Shown: positions 25,547 through 35,073, counted from the first letter of the stretch. The stretch is 41,461 nt of DNA from Stellaceae bacterium (GCA_035507475.1 DATJOB010000420.1:1-41461); one strand, 5' to 3'. The notes: a model not told the origin generated them from the letters alone. A program made the numbers and translations.

Positions 25547-27144
25547 GCGGCGCCGACCCGGAACCCGGAGAGCCCGTCCCTGGCGATCTCGTCCGGCAGA
25601 TCGAGCTCCCATTGCAGATAGTTGCGCATCGCCTGCGCCGCGCCCTCGTCGGTGCCGTGGCGGTTGTGGTTCCAGAACACGAAATCGATGCAGTCGTCGT
25701 CGGCCGGCGTATCGGGCGTCGCGACCACCGCAAACCCGGCCGCCCGCCACGCGGCGAGCCCGCCATCGACGATCGCGACCTGCGCCTGGCTCACCTCGGC
25801 GAGATCGGGAAGCGCGAGCCGGGCGACGCCGACATCGTCGGCGAAGACGACGATGCGCCGGGCGCCGAGCACCCGGCCCGGCAGCCGCGCGACCCGCGCC
25901 CGCGTCGTCCACACCGCGCCGGAGGCGTGCGCCGCGCGATAGGCCATGCTGGAGCCGAGCGCGATCGCCGCGGCGCCGTCGGTCAGCAGCGCCGCCGCCT
26001 CGGCCACGGTGACGACCGCCGCGGAGGGCAGCGGCGGCAGCGGCGCCTCGCCCGGGCCGTGTTCGAGCGCGGCGCCATCGAAGGCGCGGTCGAGCACGGC
26101 GACCTCCCAGCCCATCTGCTGCAGCCAGTGCGCGGTCATCACCGCGCGTACGCCGTTGTCGTCGACCAGCACGAGCCGCGCGCCGCGCGTGCCGACCCAG
26201 CGGTCGATCGCCTGCACCAGCTGGCCGCCCTGCGCCGAGACCGAGCCCGGCAGGTGGCCGGCGGCGAATTCGTCGGGGGTGCGCACGTCGAGCAGATAGG
26301 TGGTGCGCTTCTCCGCCTCGCGCTGCCAGGCGGCAAGCGTCGCGCGGTCGATATGCCGGACCGCGAACCTGCCGTCGACCGCGGCAGCGCGCGGCGCGGC
26401 GGCGGCGGCCGCACCGGCGCTGACCGGGGCGACCGCGGCCTGGGTGTTGCGCTCGAGGTCGAGGCCGGCGAGCCGCCAGCCCTGGGTGCCGCCCTGCAGC
26501 GAGACCACGCGGTTCGGCACTCCGGCATTGATCAGCGATTGCGCGCCGATGATGCTGCGGGTGCGACCGGCGCAGGACACCACCACCAGCGTCTCCGCGT
26601 CGGGCACCAGGTCGGCGAAGCGGTAGACCAGCTCGGCGCCGGGGCAGGTCTGCGCGCCGGGCACGTGGAAGCGGTTGAACTCCTCGACCGTGCGGGTGTC
26701 GAGGATCTTGAGCTTTTCGCCGCGGCGCTGCAGCTCGGCAAGCTCGCCGGCGGTGATGTGCGGCGTATGGCTGTCGATCTCGACGATCTCGGCGAAGGCC
26801 TTGCTCGGCACGTTGTTGCTCGGGAACAGCGGGTAGCCGGCCATCGACCAGGCGGCGACGCCGCCGGTCAGCGCCCGGACATTGCCGTAGCCGAGATGCG
26901 CGAGACGGCGCGCCGCCCGCGCCGCGACGCCGTCATTGCCGTCGACGAGCACGATTCGCGTCGTCTTGCGCGGCACCAGCGACAGGATGTCGAGCTCGAG
27001 CCGGCTGTAGGGCAGGTTGACCGCGAGCAGCGGATGGCCGTCGCAGTGCTGGCCCTCCTCGCGCAAGTCGAGAAGCGCGACCTCCTCGCCGTCGGAGAGC
27101 CAATCGCGCAGCGTGGCGACGTTGATCGCTTGATCCTCGCTCAT
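25543..27144 (-). CDS. Multi-rhodanese-domain protein (four modules, one catalytic Cys)
   Basis: There are four rhodanese-like repeats. Only module 2 has the active-site loop VVVSCAGRTRS (Cys191). Modules 1, 3 and 4 have Asp at the equivalent position (LVDGNDG, LVDDNG, FADDVG). Start at ATG 27144, preceded by GGAGGGGA. Confidence 0.85.
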   Translation of the reverse strand: MSEDQAINVATLRDWLSDGEEVALLDLREEGQHCDGHPLLAVNLPYSRLELDILSLVPRKTTRIVLVDGNDGVAARAARRLAHLGYGNVRALTGGVAAWSMAGYPLFPSNNVPSKAFAEIVEIDSHTPHITAGELAELQRRGEKLKILDTRTVEEFNRFHVPGAQTCPGAELVYRFADLVPDAETLVVVSCAGRTRSIIGAQSLINAGVPNRVVSLQGGTQGWRLAGLDLERNTQAAVAPVSAGAAAAAAPRAAAVDGRFAVRHIDRATLAAWQREAEKRTTYLLDVRTPDEFAAGHLPGSVSAQGGQLVQAIDRWVGTRGARLVLVDDNGVRAVMTAHWLQQMGWEVAVLDRAFDGAALEHGPGEAPLPPLPSAAVVTVAEAAALLTDGAAAIALGSSMAYRAAHASGAVWTTRARVARLPGRVLGARRIVVFADDVGVARLALPDLAEVSQAQVAIVDGGLAAWRAAGFAVVATPDTPADDDCIDFVFWNHNRHGTDEGAAQAMRNYLQWELDLPDEIARDGLSGFRVGAA

Positions 27145-27346
27145 GTCCCCTCCCCTCGCCGGTCGAAGCGGCGGCCGCGGCAGTGGCGGCCGCACAGCGC
27201 AATGATCGTCGCCGATGCAGCCCGGTCAAGCGCAAGCGATTCGCGCCGGCACCGCAGGCGCGACGCAAGACGAACGGGTTTTTGATTTTCCGATGTCGCG
27301 GTGCGGCCGCAGAATGGGCCGACGTGACCGGCCGCAAACGGCGACG

Positions 27347-27439
27347 ATGGGCGATATCCTGATGTTCGTGATGCTCGTGGCGGCGTTCGCCGGCGCCGGC
27401 CTCTATGTCGGCGCCTGCGACCGCATGACCTTCCGGTGA
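27347..27439 (+). CDS. kdpF: K+-transporting ATPase subunit F
   Basis: 30-aa single-TM peptide [30 protein letters not shown], ending 4 nt before kdpA. This size and position are typical of KdpF. Confidence 0.7.
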   Translation: MGDILMFVMLVAAFAGAGLYVGACDRMTFR

Positions 27440-27443
27440 GACC

Positions 27444-29177
27444 ATGACCCCGCAGGGCTGGCTGCAGGTCGCGGTCTTCGCCGCCCTCGTCACCGCGGCG
27501 GTGCGGCCGCTCGGCGCCTATATCGCCGGCATCGCCGATGGCGGGCTCGCGGTGCCGCAGCCGCTCGCCGCGCTGGAGCGCGGCCTCTATCGCCTCGCCG
27601 GGGTCGACCCCTCCGAGGAGCAGAGCTGGCCGAGCTATGCGATCGCGCTCTTGTGGTTTCACCTCTTCGGCATCGCGCTGCTCTACTTGCTGCAGCGGAC
27701 GCAGAACCTGCTGCCGCTCGACCCGCGGCAATTTGCCGGCGTTGCCCCGGACCTCGCGCTCAACACCGCGGTCAGCTTCGCGACCAACACCAGCTGGCAA
27801 TCCTATGCCGGCGAGACGACGCTCAGCCATCTGACGCAGATGGCCGGCATCACCGTGCAATCGTTCATGTCGGCGGCCACCGGCATCGCCGTCGCGCTGA
27901 CGCTGATCCGCGGCTTTGCGCGCCGCACGGCGCGGACGATCGGCAATTTCTGGGTCGACCTGACGCGCATCACGCTCTACGTGCTGCTGCCGATCGCGGT
28001 GCTGGGGGGCCTTTTGCTGGTCTCCCAGGGCGTGCCGCAGACGCTCGGCGATTATGCCGCCGCGACGACGCTCGAAGGGGCGCACCAGACGCTCGCCCGC
28101 GGGCCCGTCGCCTCACAGGAGGTCGTCAAGCTGCTGAGCGGCGACGGCGGCGGCTTCTTCAACGCCAACTCGGCCCATCCCTTTGAGAACCCGACACCGC
28201 TGACCGGGCTCGTCGAGACCGTGCTGGTCTTCCTGATCGGCGCGCCTCTCACCTACACGTTCGGTCGCATGGTCGGCGACCGGCGCCAGGGCTGGGCGCT
28301 CTATGCGGCAATGGCCGTCCTGTTTTTCGCCGGCCTCGCGGTCGTCTACGCGAACGAGGCGACGCCCAACGCCGCGTTCGCCGCACTCCCGGTCGATCAG
28401 CGCGCCGGACCGGACCAGGCCGGCGGCAACATGGAAGGCAAGGAGGTGCGCTTCGGTATCGGCCAGTCGGCGCTGTTTGCCAATGTCAGCACCGCCTCGT
28501 CCGACGGCGCGGTCAATTCGATGCACGACAGCTACCGACCGCTGTCGGGGCTGATCCTGATGGGCAACATGATGCTCGACGAGGTGATCGTCGGCGGCCC
28601 CGGCTCGGGCCTCTTCGGCATGCTGCTCTTCGTCGTCGTCGCTGTCTTCGTCGCCGGCCTGATGATCGGCCGGACGCCCGAGTATCTCGGCAACAAAATC
28701 GAGGCCAACGAGGTCAAGATGGCGATGCTGGCGCTGCTCGTCGTGCCGCTCTTCATCCTCGGCATGCCGGCGGTGGCCGCGGTGCTGCCGCAGGGGCTCG
28801 CCGGGCGCGCCAATGCGGGGCCGCACGGCTTCTCGGAAATGCTCTACGCCTATGCCTCGGGCGCGGCGACCAACGGCAGCGCCTTCGCCGGGCTCGGCAC
28901 CAACACGGCGTTCTACAACCTGACGCTGGCGGCGGCGATGTTCGCCGGCCGGTTCCTCGTCATCGTGCCGGTGCTGTGCATCGCCGGGCTGCTGGTCGCC
29001 AAGGGCCGCGTGCCGCCGGCCACCGGCACTCTGCCGACGCACGGGCCGCTCTTCATCGCGGTGCTGGTCGGGACCATCGTCATCGTCGGCGGGCTGAGCT
29101 TCTTCCCGGCCCTGGCGCTGGGACCGGTCGCCGAGCATCTGGCGATGGCGAAAGGGGTGCTCTACGCCTCGCCCTGA
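27444..29177 (+). CDS. kdpA: K+-transporting ATPase subunit A (channel-like subunit)
   Basis: 577 aa and full length. All four selectivity-filter regions are recognisable ([49 protein letters not shown]). Confidence 0.93.
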   Translation: MTPQGWLQVAVFAALVTAAVRPLGAYIAGIADGGLAVPQPLAALERGLYRLAGVDPSEEQSWPSYAIALLWFHLFGIALLYLLQRTQNLLPLDPRQFAGVAPDLALNTAVSFATNTSWQSYAGETTLSHLTQMAGITVQSFMSAATGIAVALTLIRGFARRTARTIGNFWVDLTRITLYVLLPIAVLGGLLLVSQGVPQTLGDYAAATTLEGAHQTLARGPVASQEVVKLLSGDGGGFFNANSAHPFENPTPLTGLVETVLVFLIGAPLTYTFGRMVGDRRQGWALYAAMAVLFFAGLAVVYANEATPNAAFAALPVDQRAGPDQAGGNMEGKEVRFGIGQSALFANVSTASSDGAVNSMHDSYRPLSGLILMGNMMLDEVIVGGPGSGLFGMLLFVVVAVFVAGLMIGRTPEYLGNKIEANEVKMAMLALLVVPLFILGMPAVAAVLPQGLAGRANAGPHGFSEMLYAYASGAATNGSAFAGLGTNTAFYNLTLAAAMFAGRFLVIVPVLCIAGLLVAKGRVPPATGTLPTHGPLFIAVLVGTIVIVGGLSFFPALALGPVAEHLAMAKGVLYASP

Positions 29178-29195
29178 GCGCGGCTTCGCCGCGCT
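29177..29195. terminator. Hairpin AGCGCGGC-TTC-GCCGCGCT fitted exactly between the convergent stop codons of kdpA and the NMT1-like gene
   Basis: 8-bp perfect GC stem read directly. There is no T-tract. Confidence 0.5.
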
Positions 29196-30218
29196 TCAGG
29201 GTCCGCTACTGGTCGCCCGGTCGATCACCTCCCCGGGGTCGAAGGCGTTGAACGCGTCGACCAGGGCATTCGAATAGTAGATCGCCGGCGGCCGCCGGCT
29301 GGCGATCGCTCCGGTCGACAGCAGGAATTCCTGCCAGGCTGCGGCTTCGCGCTCGGTTATCGCGCCCCAACGCGGGTCGGGCGCGCCCTCGATCCGCTGG
29401 CTCGCCAGCCGCACCTCGAGCGCCGCCAGCTCGCGGCGAAACGCGTGCGCCGGGTCCTCGCCCGGCGCCGGACCGGCGTCGGGATGATGCTGCCACAGGA
29501 ACCGCACCGCCGCCGCCGGGTTGGTCAGCGCGAACAGCGTCGCCTTGGCGACCGCGCGTCCAAAGGCAGCGAACACCGCAGGACGCTCGGCGAGCGCATC
29601 CTCCATCGCCTCGAGGCATGACGACGGGGTCAAGCCGTCGATCTCGGGCGCCGGCAGGCTCCTCAGCGGCAGCCCCTCGCCGGCCATCAAGCCGGAGAGC
29701 ACGTCGAGTTGCCAGACCGCCGCGACCTCGCCGCTGCGGATCATCGCCGCCATCTTGGGCGCATCGAGCGGACTGCCGGCGAGCGGCTTGAAGACGACGT
29801 CGCGCTCGGGGTCGACCCCCGCCCCGACCAGCGCCGCGCGGGCGAAGGCGCGCAGCTCGGGATCGTCGTAATGCAACCCGATCACCTTGCCGCGCAGCTC
29901 GCCGAGGCTGCGGATCGGGCTCGTTTCGGGCACCGAGAAGCTCCGGTTCTGCCGCCGCACGAACGCGTAGAAGGGCCGGTAGGGAGCCCCGCGATCGTAG
30001 GCGAGGAACGAGAAGACGATGTTGACGAAGCTGAGGTCGCCGCGCCCGGCGATGACGCCTTCGACCGCGTCCTTGGGCGAGCCGGCGATCTCGACCGTGA
30101 CGTCGAGGCCTTCGGCGGCGGTGTAGCCGAGGTCCTTGGCGAGCCAGATCGGCGCGAAGTTGGCGGTGACGTGGGGGACCGAGGCGAGAACGGTCAGCCG
30201 GCCGAGCGAGGCGGCCAT
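29196..30218 (-). CDS. NMT1/THI5-like (NitT/TauT-type substrate-binding fold) protein without a signal peptide
   Basis: The periplasmic-binding-protein type 2 fold begins at about residue 8 (LTVLASVPHVTANFAPIWLAKDLGYTAAEGLDVTVE). That leaves no room for a leader peptide. The ATG overlaps the hyuB TGA (TGATG). Confidence 0.75.
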   Translation of the reverse strand: MAASLGRLTVLASVPHVTANFAPIWLAKDLGYTAAEGLDVTVEIAGSPKDAVEGVIAGRGDLSFVNIVFSFLAYDRGAPYRPFYAFVRRQNRSFSVPETSPIRSLGELRGKVIGLHYDDPELRAFARAALVGAGVDPERDVVFKPLAGSPLDAPKMAAMIRSGEVAAVWQLDVLSGLMAGEGLPLRSLPAPEIDGLTPSSCLEAMEDALAERPAVFAAFGRAVAKATLFALTNPAAAVRFLWQHHPDAGPAPGEDPAHAFRRELAALEVRLASQRIEGAPDPRWGAITEREAAAWQEFLLSTGAIASRRPPAIYYSNALVDAFNAFDPGEVIDRATSSGP

Positions 30219-32215
30219 CACGCAGCCTCCATGCTGACGCGCCCGGTGGCGAGCGCGGCGTCGATCACCTCGCGCAGCGCCGTTTCGAGCGGGTGGCCGG
30301 TCAGCGCGGCGAGCCCCCGGTCCTTTTCGACCGCCCGGTAGACCTGGTCGCGCAGGTATTGGCGGACGGCGGCCGGGCGCTCGACCAGGAGCCGCGACGC
30401 AACGTCCTGCAGCGCGGGCGGGAGCATCTCCTCATGGGCGGTGCGCTCCGGCCCGAAGACGAACTCCGCCGGCGGGCTGTTTCTCGCAAGGTCGCGCCGC
30501 AGCGCAGCCGTCGCGGCTTCGTCGCAATTCCCGTCGACGACGACCACGCCGTATTGACTGCGGGCTTCATCGATGCCGACGAGCCCATCGGCGACATCCT
30601 TGACGACGCGCTCCGGCGCGCGCTGCAGCGGATCGCCGTAACCGGCGCCGCCCGGCGAGGTGATGCTCACGACCTGGCCGGGCGCGAGCTGCAGGATGTC
30701 GATCTTGCCGATGCCGCGCTCGTGCGGCGTGCCGGGATCGATGACGGTGTTGCCGAGCGTGCCCGGCGCGCCGCCCTTGCGCCCGTAGGGCCGCAATTTG
30801 TAGCGATCCATGCCGCGCGCGGTGACGATCGCGTTGGCCGTCAGGCACTTGAACTCGAACACCACCCCGGCGCCGCCGCGATGGGCGCCGGGCGCGACAT
30901 TGTCGGCCAGCATGTAATGGTGGACGAACACCGGCGCTTCCAGCTCGATGCTCTCGGTCGGGACATTGCGCAGCGACCCGGTCGAGAAATTGACCCCGTC
31001 GATGCCGTCCTTGGTCGGGCGCCCGCCGCAGCCGCCTTGGACGGGCTGCAGCACGTTCACCTTGTAGGCGCCGCTCTTCGGATCGAGATGCGAGAACAAG
31101 ACGATCGACGCGCCGCCGGCGCCCGCGGTCGGGATCGATTCCGGCACCGCCTGGGCCAGCGCGCCGAGCACCGCGTCGGCGACGCGGTAGCCGGTCGCGT
31201 GACGCACGCCCGACGGGGCGATCGGCGTCGGGTTGAGCACGCTGCCCTCGGGGATGCGCACCGAGACCGAGCGCAGGATGCCGCGGTTGAGCGGCAAGCC
31301 GCGATCCGAGGTGCGCAGGAAGTTGACGATGCCGAGCACGATCCACTGATTGGTGCGCCCGAAGGTCGGCAGATTGAGCGCGGCCCGCACCTGCGGGTCG
31401 GTGCCGTCGAAATCGAGCACCACGTCGCTGCCCGAGACGATGACCTTGACCTTGAGGCGCAGGTAGTAGGGTGAGATGTAGTCGATCTCGACGTAGTCGG
31501 CGAATTCGTAGGCGCCGTCGGGCACCCGTGCCAGCACCTCGCGGGCGCGCGCCTCGCCGTAGTCGAGCAGCGCCCGGATCCCCTCGGCGACGACCGCCGC
31601 CCCGTGCCGCGCGACCACCTGGCCGACACGCCGCTCGCAGATCGTCAGCGCCGCGATGAGCGCCTTCATGTCGCCCCAGTTCTGCTCGGGGATCCGACAG
31701 TTGGCGAGGATCAGCCCGAGCAGCTCCTGGTTGAGCTCGCCGCGGCTGAACAGCTTGGTCGGCGGGATGCAGAGCCCCTCCTGGAAGCGGTCGAAGGCGG
31801 TCGGCGCAATGCTGCCGGGAACCAGCCCGCCGACGTCCGACGAATGGACGAAGCACCACGCGAAGCAGAGCAGCCTGCCTTCGTAGAAGAGCGGCCGGAA
31901 CAGCATGATATCGGGCAGATGCGTACACATGCCCTTGGTCGAGCGCGGGTCGTTGGTGACGATCACGTCGCCGGGCTCGTAATGCTCGATGCAGCGGATC
32001 GCCGCACCCATGTGCATCCCGAGCATGTTGGTCACGCCGATCTCGCGAGGGTAGCAGAAGATCTCGCCGTCGGGCGTCACCAGCGCCGCGTCGAAATCCC
32101 AGGTCTCCTTGACGAAGACGGTGAACGCGGCGCGGTGAATGACGTAGCCCATCTCCTCGACAATCCCGCTGAAGTGATTGCCGAGGATCTCGAGCAATAT
32201 CTTGTCAATAGACAT
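30218..32215 (-). CDS. hyuB: Hydantoinase B / oxoprolinase family protein
   Basis: The sequence MSIDKILLEILGNHFSGIVEEMGYVIHRAAFTVFVKETWDFDAALV is typical of Hydantoinase_B. The protein is 665 aa. Confidence 0.9.
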   Translation of the reverse strand: MSIDKILLEILGNHFSGIVEEMGYVIHRAAFTVFVKETWDFDAALVTPDGEIFCYPREIGVTNMLGMHMGAAIRCIEHYEPGDVIVTNDPRSTKGMCTHLPDIMLFRPLFYEGRLLCFAWCFVHSSDVGGLVPGSIAPTAFDRFQEGLCIPPTKLFSRGELNQELLGLILANCRIPEQNWGDMKALIAALTICERRVGQVVARHGAAVVAEGIRALLDYGEARAREVLARVPDGAYEFADYVEIDYISPYYLRLKVKVIVSGSDVVLDFDGTDPQVRAALNLPTFGRTNQWIVLGIVNFLRTSDRGLPLNRGILRSVSVRIPEGSVLNPTPIAPSGVRHATGYRVADAVLGALAQAVPESIPTAGAGGASIVLFSHLDPKSGAYKVNVLQPVQGGCGGRPTKDGIDGVNFSTGSLRNVPTESIELEAPVFVHHYMLADNVAPGAHRGGAGVVFEFKCLTANAIVTARGMDRYKLRPYGRKGGAPGTLGNTVIDPGTPHERGIGKIDILQLAPGQVVSITSPGGAGYGDPLQRAPERVVKDVADGLVGIDEARSQYGVVVVDGNCDEAATAALRRDLARNSPPAEFVFGPERTAHEEMLPPALQDVASRLLVERPAAVRQYLRDQVYRAVEKDRGLAALTGHPLETALREVIDAALATGRVSMEAA

Positions 32216-34277
32216 GGTCGCCCTTGTCAGTTGCGGTGCCGATGAGGTTGCCGAACGCGTCGACCGAAACGCGCCAGCCGGGAGTGACGAAGACGGTCGT
32301 GTCGAACTGTTCGACGATCGCCGGGCCGTCGAACGCGAACCCGGGGGCGAGCTCGTCGCGCTGATAGATGCCGGTCGGCCACTGGCGACCGCCGATGTAC
32401 ACGTCGCGGCGCGCGATTTCCGGCGCGGCAATCTCGCGGCCGGAAGCGAGCCTTTCGAGCGGCCGCTTCGGGCTGATGGCGATCGCGGTGACGCGCAGGT
32501 CGAGGATTTCGAGATCGGCGTTCTCGTCGCCGTAGCCGTAGACCTGCACGTACATCTGGTGAAACCGGCTGCGCAGCGCGGAGCCCGTTTCGTCCGCCAC
32601 ATCCGCCTCGCTGAGCGGGACGGTCAGCTCGAAGGACTGGCCGAGATAGCGCATGTCGGCGGCCCAATCGAGCCGCCGCTCGGGAAAGTCGAGCCCTTGC
32701 GCATCGATCCACGCCTCGCCCGCGGCGGTCAGGCGTCGCAGCGAGGCGGCGAGCACCCGCATCAAGTCGGCCGCGCCGACCTGGCCGAGCACGCGATGGA
32801 CGGTCTCGACCATGTCCTTGCGCAAGTCCGCGACGAGCGAGCCGGCGGCGCAGAGCACGCCGGGATGGCGCGGCACCAGCACGCGCTGGATGCCGACATC
32901 GCGCGCCAGCAGGAAGGCGTGGCTCGGGCCGGCGCCGCCAAAGGCGAACAGCGTGTAATCCTCGTAGCCGACGCCGCGGCGGGCGAGCAGCGGCACGAGG
33001 GTCGCATACATCTGCGACGTCGCCACCCGCAGGATCGCCTCGGCGGTTGCCTGGGGATCGAGGTCGAGGGGCCGGCCGAGCCGCGTCAGTGCCGCCTCCG
33101 CCAGCCCGCGGTCGAGCGCCATCCGGCCGCCCAGGAAATTGACCGGATCGATGATGCCGAGCGCGACATAGGCGTCGGTCACGGTCGCCTCGCGGCCGCC
33201 CTGACCGTAGCAGGCCGGACCCGGCGCGGCCCCCGCGCTTTGCGGCCCCACCTTGAGGACGCCGGTCGAGTCGGTCCAGGCGATCGAGCCGCCGCCCGCG
33301 CCGATCGAGGTGACGTGCACGGCCGGCATGATCACCGGGAAGTCGCCGACATGGCTCTCGGTCGAGTAGTGCGGCGTCTTCTCGATCACGGCGACATCGG
33401 CGCTGGTGCCGCCCATGTCGAAGGTGATCAACCGCTCATGGCCGCTCGCCGCGCCGACAAAGGCAGCGCCGATGACGCCGGCGGCGGGTCCCGAGAGCAG
33501 CGTCTCGACCGGCCGTTCGCCGGCTTCGCCCGCGGGCATGATGCCGCCGTTCGACTTCGTCGACAGCACGCGCGCGCCGAGGCCGAGCTCGCCCAGCCCT
33601 TCCTCGAGGCGTGAGAAATACCGCTCCATCCGCCGGCCGACATAGGCGTTCATCACGGCGACGAGCGCGCGCTCGTATTCGCGCATCTGCGGCCAGATCT
33701 CGGAGGCGAGCGAGACGTGGAGGTCGGGCGCCTCGGCCGCCAGTATCTCCCGCGCGCGGCGCTCGTTGGCGCCGTTGCGGTAGCTGTGCAGGAAGCACAC
33801 CGCGACCGCCTCGACCCCCGCCTCGACCATGCTTCGGCCGGCCCGGCGCACCGCCTCCTCGTCGAGCGGCTTCAGCACGGTGCCGTCGGCGAGGCAACGC
33901 TCGGGGATCTCGAAGACGCGCGAGCGCGGCACCAGCGGGACCGGCAGCTCGGTGAAGAAGTTGAAGACGTCGGGGATCCGGTGCCGGCCGATATTGAGAA
34001 TGTCGCGAAAGCCGGCGGTGACGAGCAGGGCCGAGACGTGACCGCGGCGCTGAATGATCGTGTTCACCGCGAGCGTCGTGCCGTGAATGAAGTAGCGGAT
34101 ATGCTCCGGCCGCACCGCATGCTCGGCGAGCAATTGGCGGATGCCGTCGAAGATCGCCTCTTCGGGCTTCGTCGCCACCGATTGCGTCTTCAGCACCCGG
34201 ACGCGACCGGTCGCCTCGTCGAGCAGCGAGAAGTCGGTGAAGGTGCCGCCGATGTCGATCCCCAAACGATATGCCAT
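32205..34277 (-). CDS. hyuA: Hydantoinase A / oxoprolinase family protein (ATP-hydrolysing subunit)
   Basis: MAYRLGIDIGGTFTDFSLLD is an ASKHA-fold N-terminus, and a second phosphate motif FDMGGTSADV is present. The protein is 690 aa. It overlaps hyuB by 11 nt. Confidence 0.9.
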   Translation of the reverse strand: MAYRLGIDIGGTFTDFSLLDEATGRVRVLKTQSVATKPEEAIFDGIRQLLAEHAVRPEHIRYFIHGTTLAVNTIIQRRGHVSALLVTAGFRDILNIGRHRIPDVFNFFTELPVPLVPRSRVFEIPERCLADGTVLKPLDEEAVRRAGRSMVEAGVEAVAVCFLHSYRNGANERRAREILAAEAPDLHVSLASEIWPQMREYERALVAVMNAYVGRRMERYFSRLEEGLGELGLGARVLSTKSNGGIMPAGEAGERPVETLLSGPAAGVIGAAFVGAASGHERLITFDMGGTSADVAVIEKTPHYSTESHVGDFPVIMPAVHVTSIGAGGGSIAWTDSTGVLKVGPQSAGAAPGPACYGQGGREATVTDAYVALGIIDPVNFLGGRMALDRGLAEAALTRLGRPLDLDPQATAEAILRVATSQMYATLVPLLARRGVGYEDYTLFAFGGAGPSHAFLLARDVGIQRVLVPRHPGVLCAAGSLVADLRKDMVETVHRVLGQVGAADLMRVLAASLRRLTAAGEAWIDAQGLDFPERRLDWAADMRYLGQSFELTVPLSEADVADETGSALRSRFHQMYVQVYGYGDENADLEILDLRVTAIAISPKRPLERLASGREIAAPEIARRDVYIGGRQWPTGIYQRDELAPGFAFDGPAIVEQFDTTVFVTPGWRVSVDAFGNLIGTATDKGDHVY

Positions 34278-34287
34278 TAAAGCCTCA

Positions 34288-35073
34288 TCACATGCCGATG
34301 CGGGCGCGAAAGGTTTTCTGAAGCCCGGCCACCACCAGGGCGACGAGCACGATCTGGACGGTCGACGCCGCCGCGATCGACGGGTCCGACTGCCATTGGA
34401 CCTGGGAGAACAGGTAGACCGGCAGCGTCGTCGTGTCCGGTCCGGAGACGAACAGGGCAACGTTGATGTCGCTGAACGACACGATGAACGCGAAGACCAG
34501 GCTCGACACCACGCTGTAGCGGATCTGCGGCAGCGCGACCCGCAAGAACGCCCGCAGCCGGCTGGCGCCGAGATTGACCGCCGCCTCCTCGATCGCCGGA
34601 TCGAGCCCGACGAGCCCGGCGGCGACGTTGCGCACGACATAGGGCGTGGCGATCAGCACATGGCTGATGACGAGCGTCGTCAACGAGGCGCTGAGCCCGA
34701 GCCGGGCGAAATAGAGGTAGAGCGCCGCGCCGAGCAGGATGTGCGGCACCACCAGGGGCGTCAGGAAGAAGGCCTCGAGAAAGCCGCGGCCGGGAAAGCG
34801 GAAGCGCACCAGCGCAATCGCGGCGAGCCCGCCGAGCAGCGTCGCCGCCAGCGCGGTCGCGACCCCGACCGTCACGCTGACGTCGAGAAAGGCGTGGAGA
34901 AACGAAGACTGCGCGAAAAGCGCGTCGTACCAGCGCAGCGACAGGCCTTTCGGCGGAAAATCGAAGAGGCTCCCGGCATTGAACGAGACGCCGACGATCA
35001 CCACCAGCGGCAGCAGGATGAAGCCGTAGATCAGCACGATCGCGGAGCCGAATACCGCCCGGCCGCGGCTCAT
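34288..35073 (-). CDS. ABC transporter permease (PotC-like)
   Basis: Six TM segments and the EAA loop EEAAVNLGASRLRAFLRVALP. ATGA overlap with the upstream permease gene. Confidence 0.88.
   Translation of the reverse strand: MSRGRAVFGSAIVLIYGFILLPLVVIVGVSFNAGSLFDFPPKGLSLRWYDALFAQSSFLHAFLDVSVTVGVATALAATLLGGLAAIALVRFRFPGRGFLEAFFLTPLVVPHILLGAALYLYFARLGLSASLTTLVISHVLIATPYVVRNVAAGLVGLDPAIEEAAVNLGASRLRAFLRVALPQIRYSVVSSLVFAFIVSFSDINVALFVSGPDTTTLPVYLFSQVQWQSDPSIAAASTVQIVLVALVVAGLQKTFRARIGM

Noticed and set aside
27215-27439. The 74-aa ORF upstream of kdpA taken as a whole.
   Set aside because: Only the last 30 codons (from ATG 27347) form a hydrophobic KdpF-like peptide. The upstream part is Arg/Gly-rich, non-coding-looking sequence.
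21014-29195. Genomic island integrated at tRNA-Pro, suggested by the switch from core synteny to accessory-type genes right after the tRNA.
   Set aside because: There is no integrase, recombinase or transposase. I could not see a direct repeat of the tRNA 3' end downstream. GC content and codon style match the flanks. At most this is an old, fully ameliorated variable region.
29178-29400. A remnant of kdpB immediately downstream of kdpA.
   Set aside because: The plus-strand frames here give only low-complexity shadow translations. The region is fully occupied by the 3' end of a well-formed minus-strand NMT1-like gene. No P-type ATPase motifs are visible by eye, though a tblastn with KdpB would be the decisive test.
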